Positions 8,660 through 17,483 of a stretch of DNA of 30,892 nt are shown here, piece by piece; the stretch's first letter is position 1; the number at the start of each line of letters is the position of its first letter. The notes under the pieces were generated by a model that did not search any database, had not been told where the DNA came from, and worked only from the letters and a program-made list of their open reading frames with translations. Position numbers and translations under genes: made by a program. Source of the stretch: an uncultured Geminicoccaceae bacterium (lineage in GTDB: Bacteria > Pseudomonadota > Alphaproteobacteria > Geminicoccales > Geminicoccaceae). The stretch lies in assembly GCA_964644915.1 (NCBI GenBank), contig CAZXYL010000783.1, positions 1 to 30,892 on the forward strand, written 5' to 3'.

Positions 8660-9949
8660 GTGGCGCTAAACCGACCAGCTGCCCGGTCCGAGGCCGGCGC
8701 GCGGCGGCTCGAGCCGATCGGCGGCGACTGGTTCCCACCGCCGAACCTGCTCACGCGCCGCGGCCGGCCGGCCAGGATCGCCCTGGTTCACGACTGGTTC
8801 GACTCCTATTACGGCTCGGAGCGGGTGGTCGAGCAGATCCTGGCCTGCTTTCCGGGCGCCGATCTGTTCGCGATCGTGGACTTCGTGCCGGCGGGCGAGC
8901 GGGCGTTCCTGCACGACAAGCCGGTCGCCACCACCTTCGTCCAGCGGCTGCCGTTCGCGAACCCGCGCTTTCGCATGTACCTGCCGCTGATGCCGCTGGC
9001 GATCGAGCAGTTCGACCTGTCGCGCTACGATCTGGTGCTCTCCAGCAGCCACGCCGTCGCCAAGGGCGTGCTCACCGGCCCCGATCAGCTGCACGTCTCC
9101 TACCTGCACGCCCCGATCCGCTACGCCTGGGAGTACCAGCACGACTATCTGCGCCAGAGCGGGCTGGACCGGGGGCTGCGCGGCGTGATCGCCCGCTATC
9201 TCCTGCATCGAATCCGCCTTTGGGACTACCGGACGGCCAACGGCGTGGACCGGTTCATCGCCAATTCGGCCTTCATCGCGCGGCGCATCCGCAAGATCTA
9301 CGGCCGTGACAGCTCGGTGGTGTACCCGCCGGTCGACGTGCAGAGCTTCGCCCTCGAAGCCGAGAAGGACGATTACTACGTCGCGGTGTCCCGCTTCGTG
9401 CCCTACAAGCACACCGACACGATCGTGCGTGCGTTCCAGACGCTGCCGCACCGCCGGCTGGTGGTGATTGGCGACGGGCCGGGCTTCAAGCGGGCGCGCG
9501 CCGGGGCCCCCGCGAACGTCACCCTCCTGGGCTTCCAGCCGGCCGATGCGCTGCGTCGTTACATGCAGCGGGCCAAGGCCCTGATCTTCGCCGCCGAGGA
9601 GGACTTCGGGATCACGCCGCTCGAGGCGCAGGCCTGCGGCACGCCGGTGCTCGCCTATGCCGGGGGTGGTGCCATCGAGACCGTGCTCGGGCCGGAGGAG
9701 CCGCGGCCGACGGGATTCTTCTTCGATGCCCAGACGCCCGAGGCCATCGCCGAGGCGGTCGAGGCCTTCGAGCGCGACGGCGGCGCGATCGCGCCCGCGG
9801 ACTGCCGCGCCAACGCGCTCGCCTTCTCGCCCGAGCGCTTTCGGGTCGGCTACGTGCGCGAGGTGCTCGAGGCCTGGCGCGCGCACGGTGGCGCGCTCTC
9901 GTCGGAGACCCCGGCCGGGATGGCACGGGCCGCCGTCGCGCACGCCTGA
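8660..9949 (+). CDS. Glycosyltransferase family 4 (WbaZ/RfaB-like)
   Basis: RIALVHDWFDSYYGSERVVEQIL N-terminus, HAPIRYAW and the EEDFGITPLEAQACG (E-X7-E) GT4 motif. True start uncertain. Confidence 0.92.
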   Translation: MALNRPAARSEAGARRLEPIGGDWFPPPNLLTRRGRPARIALVHDWFDSYYGSERVVEQILACFPGADLFAIVDFVPAGERAFLHDKPVATTFVQRLPFANPRFRMYLPLMPLAIEQFDLSRYDLVLSSSHAVAKGVLTGPDQLHVSYLHAPIRYAWEYQHDYLRQSGLDRGLRGVIARYLLHRIRLWDYRTANGVDRFIANSAFIARRIRKIYGRDSSVVYPPVDVQSFALEAEKDDYYVAVSRFVPYKHTDTIVRAFQTLPHRRLVVIGDGPGFKRARAGAPANVTLLGFQPADALRRYMQRAKALIFAAEEDFGITPLEAQACGTPVLAYAGGGAIETVLGPEEPRPTGFFFDAQTPEAIAEAVEAFERDGGAIAPADCRANALAFSPERFRVGYVREVLEAWRAHGGALSSETPAGMARAAVAHA

Positions 9950-9976
9950 TCCGCGCGCGCCGCCCGCGGGCCGAGC

Positions 9977-10014
9977 ATGAACCCGAATTCATCATACGGA
10001 TATGCGGCTTTCAT
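9977..10014. promoter_or_regulatory. Candidate operator upstream of degP: ATGAA-N6-TTCAT palindrome plus a second TTCAT 22 bp later
   Basis: ATGAA 9977-9981, TTCAT 9988-9992 and TTCAT 10010-10014 in the AT-rich intergenic region. Confidence 0.35.
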
Positions 10015-10112
10015 GCCCGGGCCCTAGATCCACAGCGTTCCCGTGAACACCTGAGCGGGGGTTGACTGGCAGCGCCCAGTGGCCCCGAGCGGACGTGGAG
10101 AGGGTCTTGCGA

Positions 10113-11735
10113 ATGAGCGCAAACACGAATTCGGAGAAAGTGACCAGGCGGAGCCGTCTGCGCCTGGCCGCCATCGGTCTCTCATCGGCCGCCGCGGTGG
10201 GGCTGATGGTAGGCATGGGTGGCGTTTATGCCGACGATCCGGTGACACCCAGGACGGCGCCGGCGGCGTCGAGCGCGGTCGCGTGGGCCGGCTATGCCGA
10301 CCTGATCGAGCAGGTGATGCCGGCGGTGGTGGGCATCACCGCCCAGCGCACGCCGGCCACCCCGGCGGTCGCCGACGCACCGCCGTCCGGCTTCCCCGAA
10401 GGCTTCGAGGAGTTCTTCGGTGACCAGGGCCCCGACAGCGACATGTTCAGGCGCTTCATGGAGCGCTTCTTCGGCGATCGCGATTTCGGCGATCGCGATT
10501 TCGGTGACCGTGGGCCGGAGCGGTTCGGGATGCCACGCGGGCCGGGCGACGCCTTCCCGCGGGTGGCCGCCGGGTCGGGCTTCATCTTGAGCGAGGACGG
10601 CCTGATCGTCACCAACAATCACGTCATCGACGGCGCGAGCGAGGTCACGGTCACGCTGCACGACGGCACGGAGCTGACCGCGACGGTGGTCGGCCGTGAC
10701 CCGGACACTGACCTCGCCCTGCTCAAAGTCGAGACCGATGTCACGCTGCCATATGTCGAGTTCGCCGACTCGGACGAGGTGCGCGTCGGTGACCCGGCAG
10801 TCGCGATCGGCAGCCCGTTCGGATTGGGCGGGACGGTGACCGCCGGCATCGTGTCGGCGAACAACCGGGTGATCGGCGCCGGCCGCTACGACGATTTTCT
10901 GCAGATCGACGCCCCGATCAATCGCGGCAACTCCGGTGGCCCGACCTTCAATCTCGAGGGCAAGGTCATCGGCGTCAACACGGCGATCCACAGCCCGACC
11001 GGCGGCAATGTGGGTATTGGTTTCGCCATTCCCTCGAACCTCGTGGTCGACGTGGTCGACCAACTGCGCGAGCACGGCCAGGTCGAGCGCGGCTGGCTCG
11101 GCGTCCACATCCAGGCGATGGACGAGGATCTCGCCACCAGCCTGGGCCTCGAGGAGGCGAAGGGCGCCCTGGTCTCGCAGGTCACGCCGGACAGCCCGGC
11201 TGCCGCGGCCGGCCTGCAGAAGGGCGACGTGATCGTGAAGTTCGGGGAGCGCGAGATTGCGGAGCTGCGCGAGCTGACCCGCACGGTCGCCGAGGTCAAG
11301 CCCGGTAGCACTGTGAACGCGGTCGTGTGGCGCGACGGTGCCGAGCAGACCGTCGAGGTCGAGGTCGGTCAGATGCCCGGCCAGGAGCAGGTCGCGATGG
11401 CCGAGGAGGCGGCGCCCGACGAGGACGCCGCCGACACTGCGCGGCTCGGCGTGTCGCTCGCCCGGCTCACCGACGAGGCCCGGCAGTCGCTGGATCTGCC
11501 CGAGGATGTTCAGGGCGCCATCGTGACCGAGGTCCAGCCCGACAGCCCCGCGGCGGAGAAGGGCCTGCGTCGCGGCGACGTGATCATCGAGGCCGATCAC
11601 AAGCAGGTCTCGGATCCGCAGACCGTCACCGAGGCCCTGCGCGAGGCGGCCGAGCGTGGCGACGAGACCATCCTGCTGCTGGTCAAGCGCGACGGTCAGG
11701 ACCGCTTCGTGGCGGTCCCCTTGCAGCGCGCCTGA
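10113..11735 (+). CDS. degP: Do/DegP-family periplasmic serine endoprotease (trypsin domain plus two PDZ domains)
   Basis: GSGFILSEDGLIVTNNHVI (His), DTDLALLKV (Asp), DAPINRGNSGGP (Ser) and two PDZ domains; signal sequence; ATG 10113 preceded by GGAGAGG. DegP versus DegQ cannot be resolved here. Confidence 0.95.
   Translation: MSANTNSEKVTRRSRLRLAAIGLSSAAAVGLMVGMGGVYADDPVTPRTAPAASSAVAWAGYADLIEQVMPAVVGITAQRTPATPAVADAPPSGFPEGFEEFFGDQGPDSDMFRRFMERFFGDRDFGDRDFGDRGPERFGMPRGPGDAFPRVAAGSGFILSEDGLIVTNNHVIDGASEVTVTLHDGTELTATVVGRDPDTDLALLKVETDVTLPYVEFADSDEVRVGDPAVAIGSPFGLGGTVTAGIVSANNRVIGAGRYDDFLQIDAPINRGNSGGPTFNLEGKVIGVNTAIHSPTGGNVGIGFAIPSNLVVDVVDQLREHGQVERGWLGVHIQAMDEDLATSLGLEEAKGALVSQVTPDSPAAAAGLQKGDVIVKFGEREIAELRELTRTVAEVKPGSTVNAVVWRDGAEQTVEVEVGQMPGQEQVAMAEEAAPDEDAADTARLGVSLARLTDEARQSLDLPEDVQGAIVTEVQPDSPAAEKGLRRGDVIIEADHKQVSDPQTVTEALREAAERGDETILLLVKRDGQDRFVAVPLQRA
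10470..10514 (+). repeat. 15-bp in-frame tandem repeat (TTCGGCGATCGCGAT x2 plus a degenerate third copy) encoding FGDRD-FGDRD-FGDRG
   Basis: Visible at 10470-10484, 10485-10499 and 10500-10514, in the loop preceding the DegP protease core. Confidence 0.85.
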
Positions 11736-11763
11736 GACGACCACCCGAGGGAGGGAGGTCGGG

Positions 11764-11801
11764 GGGCCGGTGGCGACTTGCCGCCGGCCCTACTCTTTCT
11801 T
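11764..11801 (+). terminator. Intrinsic terminator-like hairpin between degP and the response regulator
   Basis: GGGCCGGTGGC-GACTT-GCCGCCGGCCC: 11-bp stem with one G-U pair, followed by TACTCTTTCTT. Confidence 0.65.
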
Positions 11802-11803
11802 AG

Positions 11804-12499
11804 ATGCTGACCATGCATGTACTGGTCATCGAAGACGATCGGGACGCGGCCGAGTATCTCGCCAAAGGTCTGCGCGAGAGCGGGCACAACGTCGAGGTGG
11901 TGACGGACGGCCGCGACGGCCTGATCCGGGCGGCGGCGGAGTCTTTCGACGTGCTGATCGTCGACCGCATGCTCCCGGGGCTGGACGGGTTGACCCTGGT
12001 CCAGCATCTGCGCGCGACGGGGAACAACACGCCGGTCCTGTTCCTCTCGGCTTTGGGCGAGGTGGATGATCGGGTCAAGGGTCTGCGCTCGGGCGGCGAC
12101 GACTATCTGGTCAAGCCTTATGCCTTCTCCGAGCTGCTCGCGCGGGTGGAGAGCCTGGCCCGGCGGCCGAGCAGCCCCTCGGTGCCGACCCGGCTCCGGG
12201 TCGCCGATCTCGAGGTCGACCTGCTCACCCGGAAGGTCACCCGGGCCGGTCGGGTGATCGACCTGCAGCCGCGCGAGTTTCAGCTCCTCGAGACGCTGAT
12301 GCGCCACCCCGGTCAGGTGATGACCCGGACCATGCTGCTCGAGAAGGTCTGGGACTATCGCTTCGATCCCCAGACCAACGTCATCGACGTGCACATCAGC
12401 CGCCTGCGCCAGAAGATCGACCGCGGCTTCGAGCAGCCGCTGATCCACACCGTGCGCGGCGCCGGATACACCTTGCGTGCGTCTGACCCGCCTGCTTGA
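11804..12499 (+). CDS. OmpR/PhoB-family DNA-binding response regulator
   Basis: VLVIEDD, LIVDRMLPGLDG (phospho-Asp), GGDDYLVKPY and winged helix TNVIDVHISRLRQK...HTVRGAGY. Start 11804 or 11813. Confidence 0.96.
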   Translation: MLTMHVLVIEDDRDAAEYLAKGLRESGHNVEVVTDGRDGLIRAAAESFDVLIVDRMLPGLDGLTLVQHLRATGNNTPVLFLSALGEVDDRVKGLRSGGDDYLVKPYAFSELLARVESLARRPSSPSVPTRLRVADLEVDLLTRKVTRAGRVIDLQPREFQLLETLMRHPGQVMTRTMLLEKVWDYRFDPQTNVIDVHISRLRQKIDRGFEQPLIHTVRGAGYTLRASDPPA

Positions 12500-13877
12500 G
12501 ACGTCGACTTTTCGGCTGGCGCTGATCTATCTGGCGCTGTTCGGCCTCTCGGCGCTGGCGCTCCTGGGGTACCTGTACTGGGCGACCTCCAACGTGCTCG
12601 AGCGCCAGATCACCGAGACGATCGAGGCCGAGATCACGGGCCTCGCCGAGCAGTATCGGGCGGGCGATTTGAGCCGCCTCAGCCGCGTGATCGAGCGCCG
12701 GAGCGCGGCGCATCCGAACCGCGCCAGCATCTACCTGCTCGCGGATCCGTTCGGGCGGCGCATCGCCGGCAACATCGATCGCTGGCCGCTCGTGGAGCAC
12801 GACGAGAGCAGCTGGATCTCGTTCATGGTCGAATCGGAGCCGGTCGAGGAGGGCGCGGATCTGCGTCGGGCGCGGGCCCGTGTCTTCCTGCTGAGCGGCG
12901 GCTTTCGTCTGTTGGTCGGGCGCGAGATCGAGAACCGCCTCGACCTCGAGGCAACCATCCGGCGGACCCTCGGCTGGGGCCTGGCGCTCACGCTCCTGCT
13001 GGGGCTGGGTGGGGGGTTCGTCATGAGCCGCGGGCTGTTGGGTCGCGTCGACGACATCAACCGCACCACCCGGCGCATCATGGCTGGCGATCTGAGCCAG
13101 CGGATCGAGCTGCGCGGCTCGCGCGACGAATTCGATCAGCTCGCGGCCAATCTGAACGCGATGCTCGACCAGATCGAGCGCCTGCTCGACGGCATGCGCC
13201 AGGTCACGGACAACATCGCGCACGACCTCAGGACGCCTTTGAACCGTCTGCGCGCCCGCATCGAGGTGACGCTGATGGGCAACCCGGACCGGGACGAGTG
13301 CCGGGCCCTGCTCGAGCAGACGCTCGCCGACGCCGAGGCGATGATCGGCACCTTCAATGCCCTGCTGGCGATCGCGCGGGCGGAGGCGGGCAGCGATCGC
13401 GCGCCGTTCGAGGAGGTCGACCTCGCCACCATGGCGGCGGATCTCACGGATCTGTACCGGCCGCTCGCCGAGGAGAAGCAGATCACGTTCACCTGCACCT
13501 GCCCCCGAGCCGTTCAGCTGCGCGGGCACCGCGAGCTCTTGGCCCAGGCCCTGGCCAACCTGTTGGACAATGCGATCAAGTACACGCCGGAGCAGGGGAC
13601 CGTGCGCTTCGAGATCGAGCCGCGGCCGTCGGGGCCGGTGATCACGATCACCGATAGTGGGCCCGGCATTCCCGAGGCGGATCGGGAGCACGTGCTGGAG
13701 CGGTTCGTGCGCCTGGAGCGCCACCGCTCGACACCGGGCAACGGGCTCGGTCTCAGCCTGGTCAGGGCAGTCGCCCGGCTCCACGGTGCCCGCCTGATGC
13801 TTGGCGAGAACCGGCCGGGCCTGCGCGTCACTCTCGACTTCGGTGAGACCGTGGCCGGGCTGCCGCAAGCCGCCTAG
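12477..13877 (+). CDS. HAMP-domain sensor histidine kinase
   Basis: Two TM segments, HAMP, H-box IAHDLRTPL, N-box NLLDNAIKY, DSGPGI, GNGLGL; overlaps the regulator by 23 bp. Confidence 0.96.
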   Translation: MRLTRLLETSTFRLALIYLALFGLSALALLGYLYWATSNVLERQITETIEAEITGLAEQYRAGDLSRLSRVIERRSAAHPNRASIYLLADPFGRRIAGNIDRWPLVEHDESSWISFMVESEPVEEGADLRRARARVFLLSGGFRLLVGREIENRLDLEATIRRTLGWGLALTLLLGLGGGFVMSRGLLGRVDDINRTTRRIMAGDLSQRIELRGSRDEFDQLAANLNAMLDQIERLLDGMRQVTDNIAHDLRTPLNRLRARIEVTLMGNPDRDECRALLEQTLADAEAMIGTFNALLAIARAEAGSDRAPFEEVDLATMAADLTDLYRPLAEEKQITFTCTCPRAVQLRGHRELLAQALANLLDNAIKYTPEQGTVRFEIEPRPSGPVITITDSGPGIPEADREHVLERFVRLERHRSTPGNGLGLSLVRAVARLHGARLMLGENRPGLRVTLDFGETVAGLPQAA

Positions 13878-13880
13878 CCG

Positions 13881-13914
13881 CGCCCGGGCGTAACAGCGCC
13901 CTCACGCCCGGGCG
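13881..13914. terminator. Inverted repeat between convergent genes (possible bidirectional terminator)
   Basis: CGCCCGGGCGT-N12-ACGCCCGGGCG perfect 11-bp stem; no U-tract. Confidence 0.45.
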
Positions 13915-13925
13915 ACGGACAGGGG

Positions 13926-14231
13926 TCAGTGGCGCGCGGCGCCATGCTCGCCGTGCTCGCGCTTCTCGAGTGTGTCGCGGCCGACGATCTTGTTGAAGGC
14001 GCTGTCCTTCTCGTAGAGCAGCGCGAGCTTGCTCTCGTCGAACTGTTTGAAGAACTCGTCCCACGAGATCTCTTCGAGTTCCTCGTGCTCCGACTGCGGC
14101 GCTTCGGGGAACATGATGCGGATGATGCCCACGCCGCGCTGGCCGTGGGTCCGCTTCACCACCGCGGGCTTGCCGCCCTTCGACTCGGCCCACCTGCGGA
14201 TCGTCTCGTGATCGGTCGTGGCTTCAGCCAT
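13926..14231 (-). CDS. Small conserved protein of unknown function (TTDHETIRRWAE...ISWDEFF family), 101 aa
   Basis: Recognisable motif set TTDHETIRRWAESKGGKP...IRIMFP...EEISWDEFFKQFDESKLALLY; ATG 14231 with GAGGTAG SD; EcfG-type promoter upstream. Confidence 0.85.
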   Translation of the reverse strand: MAEATTDHETIRRWAESKGGKPAVVKRTHGQRGVGIIRIMFPEAPQSEHEELEEISWDEFFKQFDESKLALLYEKDSAFNKIVGRDTLEKREHGEHGAARH

Positions 14232-14268
14232 GGCTCTACCTCGTGCTCGAGCTGTCCTGAGCGCGTAC

Positions 14269-14293
14269 AACGGTAGAGAAAGGGGCGCGTTCC
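14269..14293 (-). promoter_or_regulatory. General-stress sigma factor (EcfG/SigT/RpoE2) promoter GGAAC-N16-CGTT
   Basis: Minus strand GGAAC (14293-14289), 16 nt, CGTT (14272-14269): exact match to the alphaproteobacterial EcfG consensus, about 38 nt upstream of the ATG. Confidence 0.75.
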
Positions 14294-14300
14294 CAACGGC

Positions 14301-15179
14301 TCAGCCGTGTGGGTGCGGGTGCATGCTCCGGGCGACGGCGAAGAACGCCTCGACCGCGCGCAGCTGGCGGCGATCGGCCAGGCACGCGAGCGAGTTCGCG
14401 GTCGAGAGCTCGGCGTCGGCGATGCGCAGGGTGGCGAGCCTCGGTTCCGGCACCAGCTCCCGCGTGAACACCGTGCCGACGCCGAGCCCGGCGAGGACGG
14501 CCTCGCGCACCGCCTCGCGCGAGCCGAGCTCCAGCGCCACGTTGGGGGCGAGCCTCACCTGCTCCAGGGCCTCCAGGAGCAGCGCGCGCGTCGCGGAGCC
14601 CGGCTCGCGCAGCACGAGCGGCGCGCGGGCGAGTTCCGCGAGCGTGACCGCCGACCGGTCCGCCCAGGGGTGATGGCGGGGCACGAAGGCGATGATGCGA
14701 TCGCGCGCGAGCTCGTGGACGTGCAGCTCCGGGCTCGGTCGCATGAGGTTGAGCACGGCGACATCCACGCGACCTTCCTCGAGCTCGGCCAGGACCCGCG
14801 TCGCATTGCCCATGCGCACGGCCACGCGCACGCCGGGGTGCCGGGCCATGAACGCGGCCAGGAGGTCCATGACCACGCTCGGGCTGTCGGCACCCACCTC
14901 GAGGCTGCCGATCTCGAGCGCGCCCGCAGAGGTGAGGAGCTGCTGCAGCTCGTCGAGGCGCGCGAACACCCGACGCGCGTAGCGGAAGACCTCGGCGCCG
15001 AACTCGGTGAGCGTCGCCCCTTGCCCGTGCCGGCGGAACAGCTCCACGCCATAGGTCTGTTCGAGCGCCCGCACCTGCACCGTGACCGCGGGCTGGCTGA
15101 TCCCGAGGCGGGCGGCGCCGCGGGTGAAGCTGCCCTCGCCGGCGACCGCATGGAAGGCGCGCAGTTGCGAGTAGTTCAT
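14301..15179 (-). CDS. LysR-family transcriptional regulator, probably for the divergent phnWX genes
   Basis: HTH MNYSQLRAFHAVAGEGSFTRGAARLGISQPAVTVQVRALE and a LysR substrate-binding domain; divergent from phnW with a 93-bp gap. Confidence 0.93.
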   Translation of the reverse strand: MNYSQLRAFHAVAGEGSFTRGAARLGISQPAVTVQVRALEQTYGVELFRRHGQGATLTEFGAEVFRYARRVFARLDELQQLLTSAGALEIGSLEVGADSPSVVMDLLAAFMARHPGVRVAVRMGNATRVLAELEEGRVDVAVLNLMRPSPELHVHELARDRIIAFVPRHHPWADRSAVTLAELARAPLVLREPGSATRALLLEALEQVRLAPNVALELGSREAVREAVLAGLGVGTVFTRELVPEPRLATLRIADAELSTANSLACLADRRQLRAVEAFFAVARSMHPHPHG

Positions 15180-15206
15180 ATCCGGAGGTTATCATCTCAT
15201 TAGAAC

Positions 15207-15224
15207 CATGCATTTGACTTATAG
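15207..15224. promoter_or_regulatory. Possible LysR T-N11-A site in the lysR-phnW intergenic region
   Basis: T15209-N11-A15221 inside the AT-rich CATGCATTTGACTTATAG; the dyad is imperfect. Confidence 0.3.
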
Positions 15225-15272
15225 CTCGGCCCGGAGAGAATCCGAAGCCGATTCGCTTTCGAAAGCATCGCC

Positions 15273-16409
15273 ATGCCGGACCTGTCCCGAGAGCCCTACC
15301 TGCTGACGCCCGGGCCGCTCACCACGTCGGCGGGCGTCAAACGCGCGATGCTGCGCGACTGGGGCTCGCGCGATCGGGAGTTCATCGCGCTCAACGCGCG
15401 CATTCGCGAGCGGCTGACGAGCCTTGCGGGCGGCATCGGCACGCACGTCTGCGTGCCGCTTCAGGGCAGCGGCACCTTCGTCGTCGAGGCGATGCTCGGC
15501 ACGCTGGTGCCCCGGGACGGCAAGCTCCTGGTGCTGGTCAACGGCGCCTACGGTCAGCGCATGGTTCGCATGGCGCAGTATCACGGGCGCGCGGTCCGTA
15601 GCCTGGAGACGCCGGAGGACCAGCCGAACGACGTCGCGGCGCTGGACGCCGCGCTGGGCGACGATCCCGAGATCACGCACGTGGCGGCGGTGCACTGCGA
15701 GACCACGTCGGGCATCCTGAACCCGATCGAGGCGCTCGCCGAGGTCACCGCACGGCGCGGCCGCCGGCTCCTGATCGATGCCATGAGCGCGTTCGGCGCC
15801 CTGCCGCTGGATGCGCGCGAGGTGCCGTTCGAGGCCGTGGCCGCGTCCGCCAACAAGTGCCTGGAGGGCGTGCCGGGCGTGGGCTTCGCGATCGTGCGCC
15901 AGGACGCGCTCGAGCGGGCGGCGGGCCAAGCACCTTCGCTCTCGCTCGACCTGCACGACCAATGGCAGGCCATGGAGCGCAATGGCCAGTGGCGGTTCAC
16001 GCCGCCGACCCACGTGCTGGCCGCCCTCGACCAGGCGCTTACGGAGCACGCCGCGGAAGGCGGCACCGCCGGCCGCGGCGCCCGCTATCGCGAGAACTGC
16101 CGCATTTTGATCTCCGGCATGCGCGAGCTGGGCTTTGAGACGCTGCTCCCGGAGCACCTGCAGGCGCCGATCATCGTCACCTTCAGGATGCCCGCGGACC
16201 CGCGCTTCCGCTTCGACGAGTTCTACGAGCGCCTGCGCGAGCAGGGTTACGTCATCTATCCGGGCAAGCTCACCGTGGCCGACAGCTTCCGCATCGGTTG
16301 CATCGGCCGGCTCGGGCCCGCCGAGCTACTGGGCGCGCTCGCCGCGATCAAGAAGACGCTCGCTGAGGTGGGCGTGGCCAGCGGCCGGCCGGCGCCCGCC
16401 GCCGCCTGA
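15273..16409 (+). CDS. phnW: 2-aminoethylphosphonate--pyruvate transaminase
   Basis: YLLTPGPLTTS, VHCETTSGILNP, LIDAMSAFG, SANKCLEGVPG (PLP Lys), QWRFTPPTHV, YVIYPGKL; adjacent to phnX. Confidence 0.95.
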   Translation: MPDLSREPYLLTPGPLTTSAGVKRAMLRDWGSRDREFIALNARIRERLTSLAGGIGTHVCVPLQGSGTFVVEAMLGTLVPRDGKLLVLVNGAYGQRMVRMAQYHGRAVRSLETPEDQPNDVAALDAALGDDPEITHVAAVHCETTSGILNPIEALAEVTARRGRRLLIDAMSAFGALPLDAREVPFEAVAASANKCLEGVPGVGFAIVRQDALERAAGQAPSLSLDLHDQWQAMERNGQWRFTPPTHVLAALDQALTEHAAEGGTAGRGARYRENCRILISGMRELGFETLLPEHLQAPIIVTFRMPADPRFRFDEFYERLREQGYVIYPGKLTVADSFRIGCIGRLGPAELLGALAAIKKTLAEVGVASGRPAPAAA

Positions 16410-16439
16410 ACCCCGACCCGATCAACCTGGGACAGCACC

Positions 16440-17282
16440 ATGAGCCAGATCTTCGACTTCAGATACCAGCGCCGCTACTGCGGCCCCGTCCAGGCCGTGC
16501 TCCTGGACTGGGCGGGCACGACCATGGACTTCGGCTGCATGGCACCCGCCGTCGTGTTCGTCGAGGTGTTCAGGCGCAAGGGCGTGCCGATCTCGATGGA
16601 GGAGGCGCGCGTGCCCATGGGGGCGCACAAGCGCGTCCACATCCAGAAGATCACGCAGCTCGACGCGGTGCGCGCGCGCTGGCAGGAGAAATACGGCCGC
16701 ACGCCCGGCGAGGACGACGTGGACGCCGCGTTCGCGGACTTCATCCCGCTGCAGCTCGAGTGCCTGTCGACCTATTCCGAGCTGATCCCGGGCACGCTCG
16801 AGGTGGTCGCAGCACTGCGCCGCAAGGGGATCAAGATCGGCTCGACCACGGGCTATACGACCGAGATGACCGCGATCAACCTGCGTGATGCCGAGCGACA
16901 GGGCTACAAGCCGGACTCGACCGTCTCGGCGTCCGAGATGCCGGCCGGGCGCCCCTATCCCTTCATGTGCCTGCAGAACGCGATCAACCTCCAGGTCGAC
17001 TGCGTTGCCGCCTGTATCAAGGTGGACGATACCATCCCGGGCGTGGAGGAGGGCCTGAACGCCGGCATGTGGACCGTGGGCCTCGCCGTCTCCGGCAACG
17101 AGGTCGGACTCTCGCTCGCGGACTGGGAGGCGCTGCAGGAGGAGGAGCGAAAGGCGAAGCGCGAGCGCGCCTGGCGGCGCATGCTGCAATCCGGCGCGCA
17201 CTACGTGGTCGACACCATCGCCGACCTCCTGCCCTGCATCGAGGACATCGAGGCGCGCCTGAGGCGTGGCGAGCGGCCGTAG
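16440..17282 (+). CDS. phnX: Phosphonoacetaldehyde hydrolase (phosphonatase)
   Basis: HAD motif DWAGTTMDFG, Schiff-base Lys region ARVPMGAHKRVHI, STTGY, GRPYP, KVDDTIPGVEEGLNAGMW. Confidence 0.96.
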   Translation: MSQIFDFRYQRRYCGPVQAVLLDWAGTTMDFGCMAPAVVFVEVFRRKGVPISMEEARVPMGAHKRVHIQKITQLDAVRARWQEKYGRTPGEDDVDAAFADFIPLQLECLSTYSELIPGTLEVVAALRRKGIKIGSTTGYTTEMTAINLRDAERQGYKPDSTVSASEMPAGRPYPFMCLQNAINLQVDCVAACIKVDDTIPGVEEGLNAGMWTVGLAVSGNEVGLSLADWEALQEEERKAKRERAWRRMLQSGAHYVVDTIADLLPCIEDIEARLRRGERP

Positions 17283-17454
17283 CCTCGTTCCGGGCCGCAG
17301 GCTGGGGTGGATCGACCCGTCCAGAGCAGGCCTGGTGCAGCGAAGCTTCTTGGTGGCGGGCAGTCGCGGGCCGGTCGGCGTAGTCGTCCGGTTTGGGCTT
17401 CTTGCTGTTTTCTGGACATGAGCATGTGATTGTCATCAGCGCTGTAGTCCTCGC

Positions 17455-17483
17455 TTGACGGGCACTCCTGGCGGATTTAAATT
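17455..17483 (+). promoter_or_regulatory. Sigma70-type promoter upstream of phnD (TTGACG-N17-TAAATT)
   Basis: -35 TTGACG 17455-17460, exact 17-nt spacer, -10 TAAATT 17478-17483. Confidence 0.65.

Noticed and set aside
17300-17421. Short hydrophobic open frame (…LVQRSFLVAGSRGPVGVVVRFGLLAVFWT) after phnX
   Set aside because: No credible start or SD; it may be a gene remnant but cannot be supported.
17419-17447. Possible Pho box around TTGTCAT
   Set aside because: Only one good half-site; the 11-bp-phased neighbours (TGAGCAT, GCTGTAG) match poorly, so it is not called as a feature.
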